From: Escherichia phage EC115
Reading direction: 5' to 3' (one strand)
Sequence record: NC_073080.1
DNA: 44,849 bases
In this document: in pieces, positions 27,729 to 36,288 of the stretch
Layout: each line of letters begins with the position of its first letter
Numbering within the stretch: position 1 is the stretch's first letter
The notes under the pieces: model-generated
Database searches by the model: none
What the model was told of the DNA's origin: nothing
Seen by the model: only the letters and a program-made list of their open reading frames with translations
Position numbers and translations under genes: made by a program

Positions 27729-28435
27729 TTTAAATTTTCCTCGTTAACCGCTATCGCGAAGCCGCGCGGGGTGAGTGAGCGGATTAATTTTGTACGAGCG
27801 GATTTACCACCGAGGCGACTATACTGCTTCGAGTACCCATTTTCAACGAAAACAGGTTTCTTCTCTGGCATACGGAAGCCGTTGCCGGTCCATAAGCAGG
27901 TCAGCTTCGGATATGAATCGCGGGCGTTGATGTATTCCGGGAATAACGGGTGCACGTCATCCTCCGGCAGATATCCACCATACTCCCACGGGTTAAACGA
28001 GTGGTCCGGCTTGCGCAATTGGGTCGATAGCACGCTGCGCGGATTCTCAATCATATATGGCACTTCGAAGAAGTCCCCCAGGTAAGCGGCGATCTTCGCG
28101 GTGCGCACCGCCTTAAGCTGAAAGGCCGGGTCTTTGGCCCGCTTGCGCGGGAAAGCTGGCGCACCGCTAACTGCCAGATCCGTACACGGCGGGAACGCAT
28201 ATATGATATCCGGCGTACCGAAATCGCCATTCATCGCGCGGTCTACAAAGTCCAGATCGATAAACTCATTGCGATATCGGATCCCGCGACCATAAATCCG
28301 GTAGTCTAGGTACGACCCGTGGTCGGCTTCGGAGTAGTTGAAGCAATAACACTTATGCCCCATCTCGGCAGCACGCTCAATCATCAAGCCGCTGCCGTCA
28401 AGCAATGACCAGATTGTCATTTTAGCAATAGTCAT
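27725..28435 (-). CDS. DNA cytosine-5 methyltransferase-like protein (compact)
   Basis: 236 aa; motif I-like LLDGSG, motif IV-like FPPCTDLAVSG with Cys, ENP (motif VI-like); ATGA overlap with the helicase gene. Confidence 0.5.
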   Translation of the reverse strand: MTIAKMTIWSLLDGSGLMIERAAEMGHKCYCFNYSEADHGSYLDYRIYGRGIRYRNEFIDLDFVDRAMNGDFGTPDIIYAFPPCTDLAVSGAPAFPRKRAKDPAFQLKAVRTAKIAAYLGDFFEVPYMIENPRSVLSTQLRKPDHSFNPWEYGGYLPEDDVHPLFPEYINARDSYPKLTCLWTGNGFRMPEKKPVFVENGYSKQYSRLGGKSARTKLIRSLTPRGFAIAVNEENLK

Positions 28436-29892
28436 TTGCGCGCCTTTTTAGCTTTCATGTATTCCATCAAGTCGTCCTGAATATCTCGCTTACTGTCGCG
28501 ACGTTCGGCGACCAGTTCATCCAGTGTCCCGCGCGCCTGGATAATGTAGACGAATACCGGACGAGGGTGTCCGGCTTGCATCTGGCGAACCGGCCCTATA
28601 CGCTCCACAATCTGCGAAAAGTGCTCATAGTTCCAGGTGTCTGAGAAGATAGCAAGGTGGTGCCCCCCATCCTGCAGGTTAAGTCCGTGACCCGCTGACG
28701 CTGGGTGTGCAAACATGATGGGGATCTCGCCCCTGTTCCACGCTTCCATATCCTTATTTCCTTGCTTACCCTTACCCATCGCTACGCCGTGCGGGAATTT
28801 CTTCTTGAGACGCGCCAGATCATGCTTGTACTGGTATGCGACGAGCAACGGTGCGCCGTTCAACTCCTCCACGATACTTTCCAGCGCGTCCAGCTTAGCG
28901 TCGTGAATTTTCACCCACTCGTCGGTCCGTTCACCGTCTTCGTCGACTTTATACACTGCCCCCGAAGCAAGCTGAAGGCACTTAATGGTCTTCGACGCGG
29001 CGTTCGCCGCCTCCACCGTTCCGCTTTCCAGTTCGGCAAATAGCTCCGCTTCGAACTGGTCATAAATCTTGCGGGCTTTCTTCGGCAGGTCCACAACAAC
29101 CGGCGTATAGATTGGCTTGTCACATCCGAAGTATTCAGCCGCATCAACGGTGAGCGACACGTCGGACAGGCGTTGTTGTATTTCTTTCTCGGAGTTTTTT
29201 AGCGGGGCGTGCTGCATAGTGAAGCTGCTAGGCTTAACCGGCTTGCTAATAAACCAGCGGTCTGTGAATGCCTTATAACTACTGCCGAGGCGTTCGCCAC
29301 CGTCGACAAACCACGTCTGACCCCATAAGTCCTTCAGCCCGTTTGGTGCGGGTGTGCCGGTAAGGTTAATCCAGCGTTTGACGTGCTTATGCGCAATAGC
29401 CGCCAGCGCGCGGGCGCGCTTACTCCCCTGCTTGCTTCTATAGCCTTTCAGCTTAGTGGATTCATCGGCAACAACGACCGTAAAGGGCCACTCGTCGCCG
29501 CAATACTCGACAAGCCACTCAACCACATCATAGTTAACACAAACTACGTTAGCGTCGCTCTCAAGCGCAGCGATGCGGTCCTTCTCTGGTCCGGTGCCGT
29601 CTACTACCAGCAGGGCAGGGAAGCGCCATTTTTCTTGCTCCGGGGGCCATGTACCGGACGCAACGCGCAGCGGGGCCAGCACCAGTACGCGGTCCTCCTG
29701 GTTGGATAGGATGCCGGTCTGGAACATTTTATTCAGCGCCCACATAGTCGCGCCGGTTTTACCAGACCCCATTGTCGCCCATATATTGCATCGCTTATGC
29801 TTGAGGATGAACGCGGTTATCAACTTCTGATATTCGCGACGTCGGAAACGTGCCATATCTTTATTCCGCCTTTTTCCAGACTTCTGTTTCAC
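28432..29892 (-). CDS. SF2 (SNF2/DEAD-like) helicase
   Basis: Walker A MGSGKTG, DEST (DExx) box, C-terminal helicase region; first ATG (MARF...) is at 29856, the track ORF starts at a GTG at 29892. Confidence 0.85.
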   Translation of the reverse strand: MKQKSGKRRNKDMARFRRREYQKLITAFILKHKRCNIWATMGSGKTGATMWALNKMFQTGILSNQEDRVLVLAPLRVASGTWPPEQEKWRFPALLVVDGTGPEKDRIAALESDANVVCVNYDVVEWLVEYCGDEWPFTVVVADESTKLKGYRSKQGSKRARALAAIAHKHVKRWINLTGTPAPNGLKDLWGQTWFVDGGERLGSSYKAFTDRWFISKPVKPSSFTMQHAPLKNSEKEIQQRLSDVSLTVDAAEYFGCDKPIYTPVVVDLPKKARKIYDQFEAELFAELESGTVEAANAASKTIKCLQLASGAVYKVDEDGERTDEWVKIHDAKLDALESIVEELNGAPLLVAYQYKHDLARLKKKFPHGVAMGKGKQGNKDMEAWNRGEIPIMFAHPASAGHGLNLQDGGHHLAIFSDTWNYEHFSQIVERIGPVRQMQAGHPRPVFVYIIQARGTLDELVAERRDSKRDIQDDLMEYMKAKKARK

Positions 29893-30094
29893 TGTTCCAG
29901 TTCCTTTTTGTGGCGTCGTAATTGGTGGCGTGTCCGATGTGCACGCCGGTCGCCCGGAAGCTCTTAAATTTTTGCCAGCACACCGTTAACGGCAGCGGGT
30001 AATTCATGCCCGCGATAAACCATACGCGATCGCCTGGTTTGCATTCGCCCAGTGTGGTGAGTCGGTAGTGTTCTTTCATCTTCATGTCTCCCAA
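29861..30094 (-). CDS. Hypothetical protein
   Basis: 77 aa ORF between the zinc-finger gene and the helicase. Confidence 0.4.
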   Translation of the reverse strand: MGDMKMKEHYRLTTLGECKPGDRVWFIAGMNYPLPLTVCWQKFKSFRATGVHIGHATNYDATKRNWNSETEVWKKAE

Positions 30095-30122
30095 AAATGG
30101 CGGGACAAGCCCGCCGTATTAA

Positions 30123-30296
30123 TTATTTTTGCTCTGCGCGGTAGCGGCGCTGCCGTTCGCGCTCTTTTTTATTGCGGCACGATTTGCACTCCGCCCGATA
30201 CCCGTCCGGGCTACGCGCAGTCTTGCCGGTGTATTTGTGGAACTGGGATAGCGGTTTAACGCAGCCGCAATTACTGCAGCGTTTTTCTTCAATCAT
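30123..30296 (-). CDS. Small zinc-ribbon protein
   Basis: 57 aa from ATG 30296 (GAGGA RBS); CxxC...CxxC motif and basic C-terminus. Confidence 0.5.
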   Translation of the reverse strand: MIEEKRCSNCGCVKPLSQFHKYTGKTARSPDGYRAECKSCRNKKERERQRRYRAEQK

Positions 30297-30327
30297 TTCT
30301 AAAATCCTCGATATGGCTAACCGGCAC

Positions 30328-30356
30328 ACTATACCGCTATGCGACCAATTCAGCAA
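30328..30356 (-). promoter_or_regulatory. Candidate sigma70 promoter
   Basis: Minus strand TTGCTG-N17-TATAGT upstream of the zinc-ribbon gene. Confidence 0.35.
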
Positions 30357-30615
30357 CCAATAAATCACAGTCGGCGATGTTGTCTATAACGCGAACGTCA
30401 GCGCCGCGGCGGGCCATCCGCTCATGTTCACGTACCTGGTGCGGCTTCGGTTTTCCTCCTGGGCGCTTCACTTCGACGAACACTATTTTGCCGTTGATGA
30501 TGATAATCAGGTCGGGCGCACCTGCGCGCCCCTCCCAGGCCATTTTGCGGCAGAATCCGCCTACCTCTTTCACCCGTCGCATCAGGTGACTTTGAATCTT
30601 GCCTTCTGGTGTCAT
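30337..30615 (-). CDS. VRR-NUC domain nuclease
   Basis: 92 aa from ATG 30615; PDLIIIINGKIVFVEVKRPGGKPKPHQ matches the VRR-NUC D...E.K core; start overlaps the polymerase stop. Confidence 0.7.
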   Translation of the reverse strand: MTPEGKIQSHLMRRVKEVGGFCRKMAWEGRAGAPDLIIIINGKIVFVEVKRPGGKPKPHQVREHERMARRGADVRVIDNIADCDLLVAELVA

Positions 30616-32906
30616 TACTTCCTGTACCTGTACATGATGTCGCCTTCGGCGGCAAGCGGGAAGCCTTTCGCCCAAATCGGCAGGTCGCACATCAGCGCGC
30701 ATAGCTCCTCGGTCGTGTAGTCGTCAGTATCCGGAACCTCGGTGATCAGTTCATCGTGTACGGACAGTACGATCTCATATCCCGCAGCTTCAACGCCAGG
30801 CATGGACCATGCGAGGATATCGCGACACAGCGCCTGTACGATGTTTTCCGTGAGTTTGCCGCCGTAGGTGTACTGGAAGCCCCACTGGCGGGTCGTCTGA
30901 TTCTCGCCCTGATATTTAATGCGGGTGCTGGTGCGTTTCTTGCCAGTATCTTCGTCGATCTCGGTAGTGACAGACAGCGCAATGCCTGGATAACTCATAA
31001 TACGCCCCGACGGCAACTCAATTTTCAACCACCACCCCGCGGCGTTCGGGTCGTCGCGTTCCTCGTCGAAGGTTGGGTCATGCTTCGCCTTCGTGCGGAC
31101 TATCTTGAGCGCTTTCTTACCATCCGGGCGAACGTTCGCGCCAGCCCAGTACGCTTTGCCAGGATTGCGGATTGCACACAACACCGCGTCCTCAAGCTCG
31201 GCCCAAAAGGCTACCGTCTTCGGGTGCGCCTCTCGCCACATGCGTTTAATCGCATCACACGTAAGCCATACGTTTTTCGGCAGTATGTAAGTCGGGCGCT
31301 CGTCCTTCTTGCCAGGCTTCGGCGGTCGCTTCGCTTCGTTAATGCGGGCGTACGCATAACCCCGTTTAGCCGCTGCCCAAATGTGATCGGGGAATGTGCC
31401 CTTCATGACGTCCGCCATCGCGTAAAGGTCGAGGCCCAGGTTTTTAGCGAACTGCAAGAACGCAGCCACGCCGCCGCCATAGCCAAGTCCCAACTCACAC
31501 GCCTTACCAATCTGGCGTAGGTCTTTGCGGTTGGCTTTAATGTATTCCGGGTCAAGGCCGAACATCTTACCGGCAGTTTCACAATAAATATCGCGACCGG
31601 CCCTAAACACCATTAGCGCGGTTTTCTCACCAGCGATCCAGGCGAGGCCACGCCCTTCCACGTTAGAATAGTCCGCTACGACAAACTTCTTACCCTTCGC
31701 TGGAATAATGCACCCGCGAACGGTCGAGGCCGTTAGCTTCGATATGTCATACGCCCAGTGCGCTGTCCCGCGTAACAGGGAGTTTATGCCGTTGGTGAGC
31801 ATGTGCGACCGCACCCAAAACGCGACGTCGCTCTCGCCTTCACGGCGTTTAATCTTCCCTTCGTGGTCGTCGCTATACTCGCCGCGTGCCAGGTTTTGCG
31901 GCTGGAAGCCTTTACCGGCCCAGCGTAGCGTGCGTTTCGCCCCACCATACTGGAGACACCCACGACGGCGACCATCTGCAGATAAGCCATTAACGAGCGG
32001 ATTGTACTTAGTCGATGCCGTTGATGATGCACCGAGGCGCATCTCGATAAGCACTTTGCCCTCGTCGGGGAAGTCCGGGTCTTCCAGCAGGTCGTTAAGC
32101 GTGGATTTCTGCGCGTTGTGTATTGTGAACGCAGGCGCGAGGTCGCGCAGCGCTGGCAGGAAGTCATTGCCTGTCAGCTTACCGCCGAAGCGCTCCCATG
32201 CTTCTTCCTTCAATTCTTCCTTATGCGCCTGCACCGCTTTGATCGCGGCGTTCGCCAGGTCAACGTCCACATAGAAGCCGCGGTCGTTGATCAACTGGTC
32301 AATAAGCAGGATTTCATCTTCCTTCGGCGTGTTACCCCAGTCCGGTATGCGCCAGTAGACTTCCCTCATCGCTATAATGTCAAGCGCGGCATAGCGCAGG
32401 AATTTAGCCCACTCCTCGGGGTGCGTCTCGCGCGTGTAGCGGCGGATTTTGTAGGTCTTAGGGGTTGGCTTACAGAATCGTTTGATCAGCGCCTTGCCCG
32501 CCTTATCCTTCGCGTGCTCTGCGTCAACGCCCAGCACCTGGCATTGCATATCGAGGCTACCCGGCAGCGCGTGGCGAAAGGCCATAATCATGGTATCTTC
32601 GATCTGGCCTACCGGCAGGTCAATGCCCCACTTCTCGCGAATAACCAGGCGGTCAAACAGGAGGCCGTTAGCCATCACGATTTTTGCTTTCTTGCGGGAT
32701 ACCTGGCGGAGCGCCTTGCGCAGTTCACGCGGCATTGTGGGGGATTCGGTGCAATCCCAGGTCTGCACGCGGCCCTCGTCGATGGCGTATGTGCAAATCA
32801 TAATCTCAGTAGTTGGGTGTTCCGCGTAGGCGTATGCGCCCACTTTCTTCAGATCCACCCCGCTAAATGTCTCGGTATCGAGAAACAGGCGTTCAAAGTC
32901 TTTCAT
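30615..32906 (-). CDS. DNA polymerase, family A (3'-5' exonuclease plus polymerase)
   Basis: 763 aa; Exo I-like LDTETFS, motif A-like VADYSNVEGR, motif B-like RQIGKACELGLGYG, motif C LSVHDELI. Confidence 0.9.
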   Translation of the reverse strand: MKDFERLFLDTETFSGVDLKKVGAYAYAEHPTTEIMICTYAIDEGRVQTWDCTESPTMPRELRKALRQVSRKKAKIVMANGLLFDRLVIREKWGIDLPVGQIEDTMIMAFRHALPGSLDMQCQVLGVDAEHAKDKAGKALIKRFCKPTPKTYKIRRYTRETHPEEWAKFLRYAALDIIAMREVYWRIPDWGNTPKEDEILLIDQLINDRGFYVDVDLANAAIKAVQAHKEELKEEAWERFGGKLTGNDFLPALRDLAPAFTIHNAQKSTLNDLLEDPDFPDEGKVLIEMRLGASSTASTKYNPLVNGLSADGRRRGCLQYGGAKRTLRWAGKGFQPQNLARGEYSDDHEGKIKRREGESDVAFWVRSHMLTNGINSLLRGTAHWAYDISKLTASTVRGCIIPAKGKKFVVADYSNVEGRGLAWIAGEKTALMVFRAGRDIYCETAGKMFGLDPEYIKANRKDLRQIGKACELGLGYGGGVAAFLQFAKNLGLDLYAMADVMKGTFPDHIWAAAKRGYAYARINEAKRPPKPGKKDERPTYILPKNVWLTCDAIKRMWREAHPKTVAFWAELEDAVLCAIRNPGKAYWAGANVRPDGKKALKIVRTKAKHDPTFDEERDDPNAAGWWLKIELPSGRIMSYPGIALSVTTEIDEDTGKKRTSTRIKYQGENQTTRQWGFQYTYGGKLTENIVQALCRDILAWSMPGVEAAGYEIVLSVHDELITEVPDTDDYTTEELCALMCDLPIWAKGFPLAAEGDIMYRYRK

Positions 32907-33073
32907 TGCTTAATCCTCACTACGGCGTCGGCGCTGCCGATCATGGAGAAGATACCGTCGGAAAGGGTTATCTCCTCGCCGTTGTTACGAACCTCGGCAA
33001 CGGTGAAATACTCGCCCAGCAGTTTAGACCATACCTGCATTCCGACTTTTACTTCGCTGGCTTTAATGCGCAT
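32903..33073 (-). CDS. Small ORF translationally coupled to polymerase (hypothetical)
   Basis: 56 aa (MRIKASEVKVGMQVWSKLLGEY...), AGGA RBS, ATGA overlap with the polymerase start; below the ORF-track size cutoff. Confidence 0.3.
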   Translation of the reverse strand: MRIKASEVKVGMQVWSKLLGEYFTVAEVRNNGEEITLSDGIFSMIGSADAVVRIKQ

Positions 33074-33084
33074 TTTTCATTGTC

Positions 33085-33113
33085 CTATTAAAAAGCCCGC
33101 ATTAAGCGGGCTT
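33085..33113 (-). terminator. Intrinsic terminator after SSB gene
   Basis: On the minus strand AAGCCCGC-uuaau-GCGGGCUU followed by UUUAAU. Confidence 0.45.
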
Positions 33114-33131
33114 GAATAGTGGGCTTTGCCC

Positions 33132-33914
33132 TTAACGGCGGCGACGTTTACGTGGCGCTTCGTCTTCGTCGTCGTCCTCATCTTCGTCATCGCGTGGCTT
33201 ACGACGTTTACGAGGTTTCTCGTCTTCGTCATCATCATCGTCATCGCGGCGCTTGGACTTTTTGGACTTGCGCGGCTTGTCGTCTTCGTCATCGTCATCA
33301 CGACGTTTTGACTTTTTGGACTTGCGCGGGCTTTCATCTTCGTCATCGTTGTCCAGGTCTTCGTCTGAGCAAGAAGAACCGCCACCGCCGAAGGCTTCGC
33401 CGTCATCGCGGAAGCGCAGACCCAAAAGACCCGCACCGAGTCCCTTGCCGTTGGTATTGTTCCACGCCCAAATGTCGAGGGACACGTTGCAATAACAACC
33501 GGAGTAGATCTCCTGGCCTTCGATCTCGTCACCTTCTACGGTCAGACCTTGTTCAGTCTGTTTCTCGCCGAGTGACGTTTGAATGTTTGGCTGCTTGAAC
33601 GATTTGGCGTTGATGTACAACATGCCTTCAAATTCTTCGGTTACTTCGTCACGCTCGTCACCGTCGCGGACTGCGCATTCCTTAGAATCCTGGGCGTAGT
33701 GCCGGTCCATCCACTTATCGGCATTCTTCTCGGATTTCAGCTTGTCGGTGAGCACTGCGCGCGCTGCCGCTTCCACTTTGTCCACCAGCGGATCTTCTTT
33801 ATCCAGAAGAATCACTGCACGGTATGCCGGTTTTTGTCCATCCTGTTTAGGGGTATCACGTTCCCAAATTTTCAGGAAACATACGCGCACATTTTTCAGG
33901 TTGACTTTAGCCAT
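33132..33914 (-). CDS. Single-stranded DNA-binding protein (T7 gp2.5 / DUF2815-like) with repetitive charged C-terminal tail
   Basis: N-terminus MAKVNLKNVRVCF... (start at ATG 33914 with GAGGA RBS; track ORF 33935); C-terminal third is three DDDDEDDKPRKSKKSKRR-type repeats. Confidence 0.55.
   Translation of the reverse strand: MAKVNLKNVRVCFLKIWERDTPKQDGQKPAYRAVILLDKEDPLVDKVEAAARAVLTDKLKSEKNADKWMDRHYAQDSKECAVRDGDERDEVTEEFEGMLYINAKSFKQPNIQTSLGEKQTEQGLTVEGDEIEGQEIYSGCYCNVSLDIWAWNNTNGKGLGAGLLGLRFRDDGEAFGGGGSSCSDEDLDNDDEDESPRKSKKSKRRDDDDEDDKPRKSKKSKRRDDDDDDEDEKPRKRRKPRDDEDEDDDEDEAPRKRRRR
33160..33340 (-). repeat. Tandem ~57-60 bp repeats (3 copies) inside SSB gene
   Basis: Repeated cgtcttcgtcatcgtcatc...gactttttggacttgcgcgg units on the plus strand. 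Confidence 0.7.
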
Positions 33915-34004
33915 TTTCCAATTCCTCATTTTCACATGTATCGGGGTTATTATGAGCCACCCCGTTCGGCTTGGTTGCTAATCTACTTGGTTGCGCCTAA
34001 GCGA

Positions 34005-34247
34005 TCAAGCACTTTTATTAAAAAGATTTCTGGTCACGTAGTTGGTAGCGTTCTCGACCCAGCTTAACGGCGGTCGGTCGATGTTCTTCTCCACCCAGTC
34101 GACGGCAGCGTCACTATATCCGTCGTCAAGCCAGCGGGTCGGATGGCGAATCATCCAGGCTACCATTAACACGCCTTGCACGCAATGCAGGATAAATCCC
34201 AGCGCGCCGAGCAAAAACATCAATAAGATCGCAAATACTTTATTCAT
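34005..34247 (-). CDS. Small membrane protein
   Basis: 80 aa with two hydrophobic helices (AILLMFLLGALGFIL; VLMVAWMI). Confidence 0.45.
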   Translation of the reverse strand: MNKVFAILLMFLLGALGFILHCVQGVLMVAWMIRHPTRWLDDGYSDAAVDWVEKNIDRPPLSWVENATNYVTRNLFNKSA

Positions 34248-35670
34248 TGCTTAAGTCCTCGTCAGTAGCTTCCGACCACGCAGGGCGCGGGTCGTCGATC
34301 GGTGCTAACACCGGTTTGGCGGGTGCGCGCGTGATTTTAGCACACAGCTTCGCCCACACTTTCGGTTTTTCGTCCTTCAGTACCTTCTCGGCATCGGTCG
34401 GGCTGAGCAATGTTTCTTTGTACATCACATCGCGCTTGATCCGGGCCTTCGTGAAGATTTCAATCACTTCGCTCTCGTCCGCCCACTTACGGATCCCTTC
34501 CTTACCGGCAACCATCTTGAGGCCTAGCGATTCGCCATCGCCCGCCATGACCGCCTTGAATACCGCTGACTCGATAGCCTTGATGTGCTGGCGCATCGCA
34601 TCAAGGCCTTCATAAGCCTTGCGCAGTTCCGCCGCGCTCATAGCGCCGGGGGCCGCTTCCTTCTTGCCGCGCTTCGCACGTCGGGCCGCCTTCCGGGCTT
34701 CGCGGGCCATATTGCGGTCGTGATTGGCGCATTCTTCCTCGGTCGCCACGCTCACGTCGTCGCCCAGGTCTTCGTCGGTTGCCGTTGGTGGTGTCATCGT
34801 GTCGATTGCGGCCTTCGCCCGGACGCTGCACTGGTCCGCAAATCTGCACCACTGGCACGCATCAACGCTCGGTCTGAAGTCGGCGCGGGTGAGTCCCTTT
34901 TTGCCTCTGGCGTACGCTTCCAGCGCGGCGATAGCGCGCTTGGATGCAAACTTCGCGAATATCTCCAGGGCTTCTACCGAAATATCCCATTCCGACGCCC
35001 CACCGCAATACGGCTGGAAGATAACCAAGCGCACAGACGTAATGTCGTACATGGTTTGCAGCTTGCGCAGCAGGCCGAGCGCGTACAACATAAGCTGTTT
35101 GTTTTCTTTCGCCTCGACCTTATGCCGCCCAGTCTTCAGGTCGCCAACAATCAGCATGTACGTCCCGTCGGTCTTTTTCATGACCATGACCATATCGGCA
35201 GTACCGAACGTTTTAATCCTGTTGCCGTCGATCTCGTAGCCTGAGTGAAGGACGCGGGTCAGGTCGGCGCGCATCTCAAGCTGGACAAACTCCGCCACTT
35301 CGAGGAGCGGTCGCCAGTGGTCGATGTACGCGTCGCACTGTTTCACCATGTCGTCGTTGACCAGTACGCCGCCTTTCGGTGCTTTAGGGTGTGCCTTCAC
35401 TGGCCCCTTGCCTTCGTTCTCGACGTAGCACCCTTTATACGTCTTTGCGGTTATCTGCTTCTCACCGGCGATAATACGGTTTAGCACCACTTCAGATACG
35501 GTGTGCATACTCGTACCGTTAATCGCGGCTTGCCCGGATTCGTTAGGGATATCTTTTTCCACCACCAGGGCGGCCGGACACCCCATCCATTTTTTAGCTC
35601 CGGATGGCCCGAGTAATGAGTGTTCCGTATTACTACCGGATTGCGTTTTACGTTTTGGTTTAATCGCCAT
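34240..35670 (-). CDS. PD-(D/E)xK exonuclease, DUF2800 / Cas4-like (putative)
   Basis: 476 aa; N-terminal HSLLGPSGAKKWMGCPA-type motif with a C-terminal Cys cluster (CQWCRFADQC); gene partner of the gp2.5-like SSB. Confidence 0.6.
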   Translation of the reverse strand: MAIKPKRKTQSGSNTEHSLLGPSGAKKWMGCPAALVVEKDIPNESGQAAINGTSMHTVSEVVLNRIIAGEKQITAKTYKGCYVENEGKGPVKAHPKAPKGGVLVNDDMVKQCDAYIDHWRPLLEVAEFVQLEMRADLTRVLHSGYEIDGNRIKTFGTADMVMVMKKTDGTYMLIVGDLKTGRHKVEAKENKQLMLYALGLLRKLQTMYDITSVRLVIFQPYCGGASEWDISVEALEIFAKFASKRAIAALEAYARGKKGLTRADFRPSVDACQWCRFADQCSVRAKAAIDTMTPPTATDEDLGDDVSVATEEECANHDRNMAREARKAARRAKRGKKEAAPGAMSAAELRKAYEGLDAMRQHIKAIESAVFKAVMAGDGESLGLKMVAGKEGIRKWADESEVIEIFTKARIKRDVMYKETLLSPTDAEKVLKDEKPKVWAKLCAKITRAPAKPVLAPIDDPRPAWSEATDEDLSNE

Positions 35671-35858
35671 TATTCCACCCTTGAAAACTGAGCAATGTAA
35701 TATTCATGTTTAACCCCAGCACGCTTCGCGGCTTCGTTCATGGTAGCCGCCAAACCTCTGGCTTGAGTCCAGCAGCAATTCCAGTTCTGATTCATAACGA
35801 TTTCCGGTTGCTCATCGCCGGTAATACGGCAACGAAATAAAACAAAGAATATAGCCAT
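35670..35858 (-). CDS. Hypothetical protein
   Basis: 62 aa ORF with abutting neighbours. Confidence 0.4.
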   Translation of the reverse strand: MAIFFVLFRCRITGDEQPEIVMNQNWNCCWTQARGLAATMNEAAKRAGVKHEYYIAQFSRVE

Positions 35859-36110
35859 TTATTTTGTCTCCCAGCGGTCAATCGTTCTTGCTTCGGATGC
35901 AACTGCAAAGCGAACATATTCCAGATTGGAATCCGCCCAAATATAAAAGTCGGGGTTAGTAAAGGTGGTGCGCTTAATTTGCGCGGGGGTGTTACGGCGT
36001 TTATCTATTACAGCAACGCGCGATTGAAAGCTGCCGATGCGTTCGAATAGCCAATAGTACGGGCGCTGGTCGCGGGAATCCACCGCCTCGATTAGCGTGA
36101 ATCGTGCCAT
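35859..36110 (-). CDS. Hypothetical protein
   Basis: 83 aa ORF with GAGGA RBS. Confidence 0.5.
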   Translation of the reverse strand: MARFTLIEAVDSRDQRPYYWLFERIGSFQSRVAVIDKRRNTPAQIKRTTFTNPDFYIWADSNLEYVRFAVASEARTIDRWETK

Positions 36111-36120
36111 TGTCTCGTCC

Positions 36121-36151
36121 TCTAAAAAGAGGCCCGCTAATATGCGGGCCT
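36121..36151 (-). terminator. Intrinsic terminator (leftward)
   Basis: On the minus strand AGGCCCGC-auauua-GCGGGCCU followed by CUUUUUA. Confidence 0.45.
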
Positions 36152-36288
36152 GATAATATTAATCTTCACCGCCGAGTTGTTTATAAACCTCGTCCGGGTC
36201 GTCGCCTCTTTCTTCGCAGAAGGCGGTGAATTCCGCCCAATTTTCTGCTATGAAATCGAGCATGATTCTCATTTCATAGTCCATGATA

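Noticed and set aside
30756-33119. Plus-strand ORFs (30756..31520, 31708..32274, 32118..33119) overlapping the polymerase gene
   Set aside because: Antisense to the family A polymerase with its clear catalytic motifs; compositionally atypical; considered spurious.
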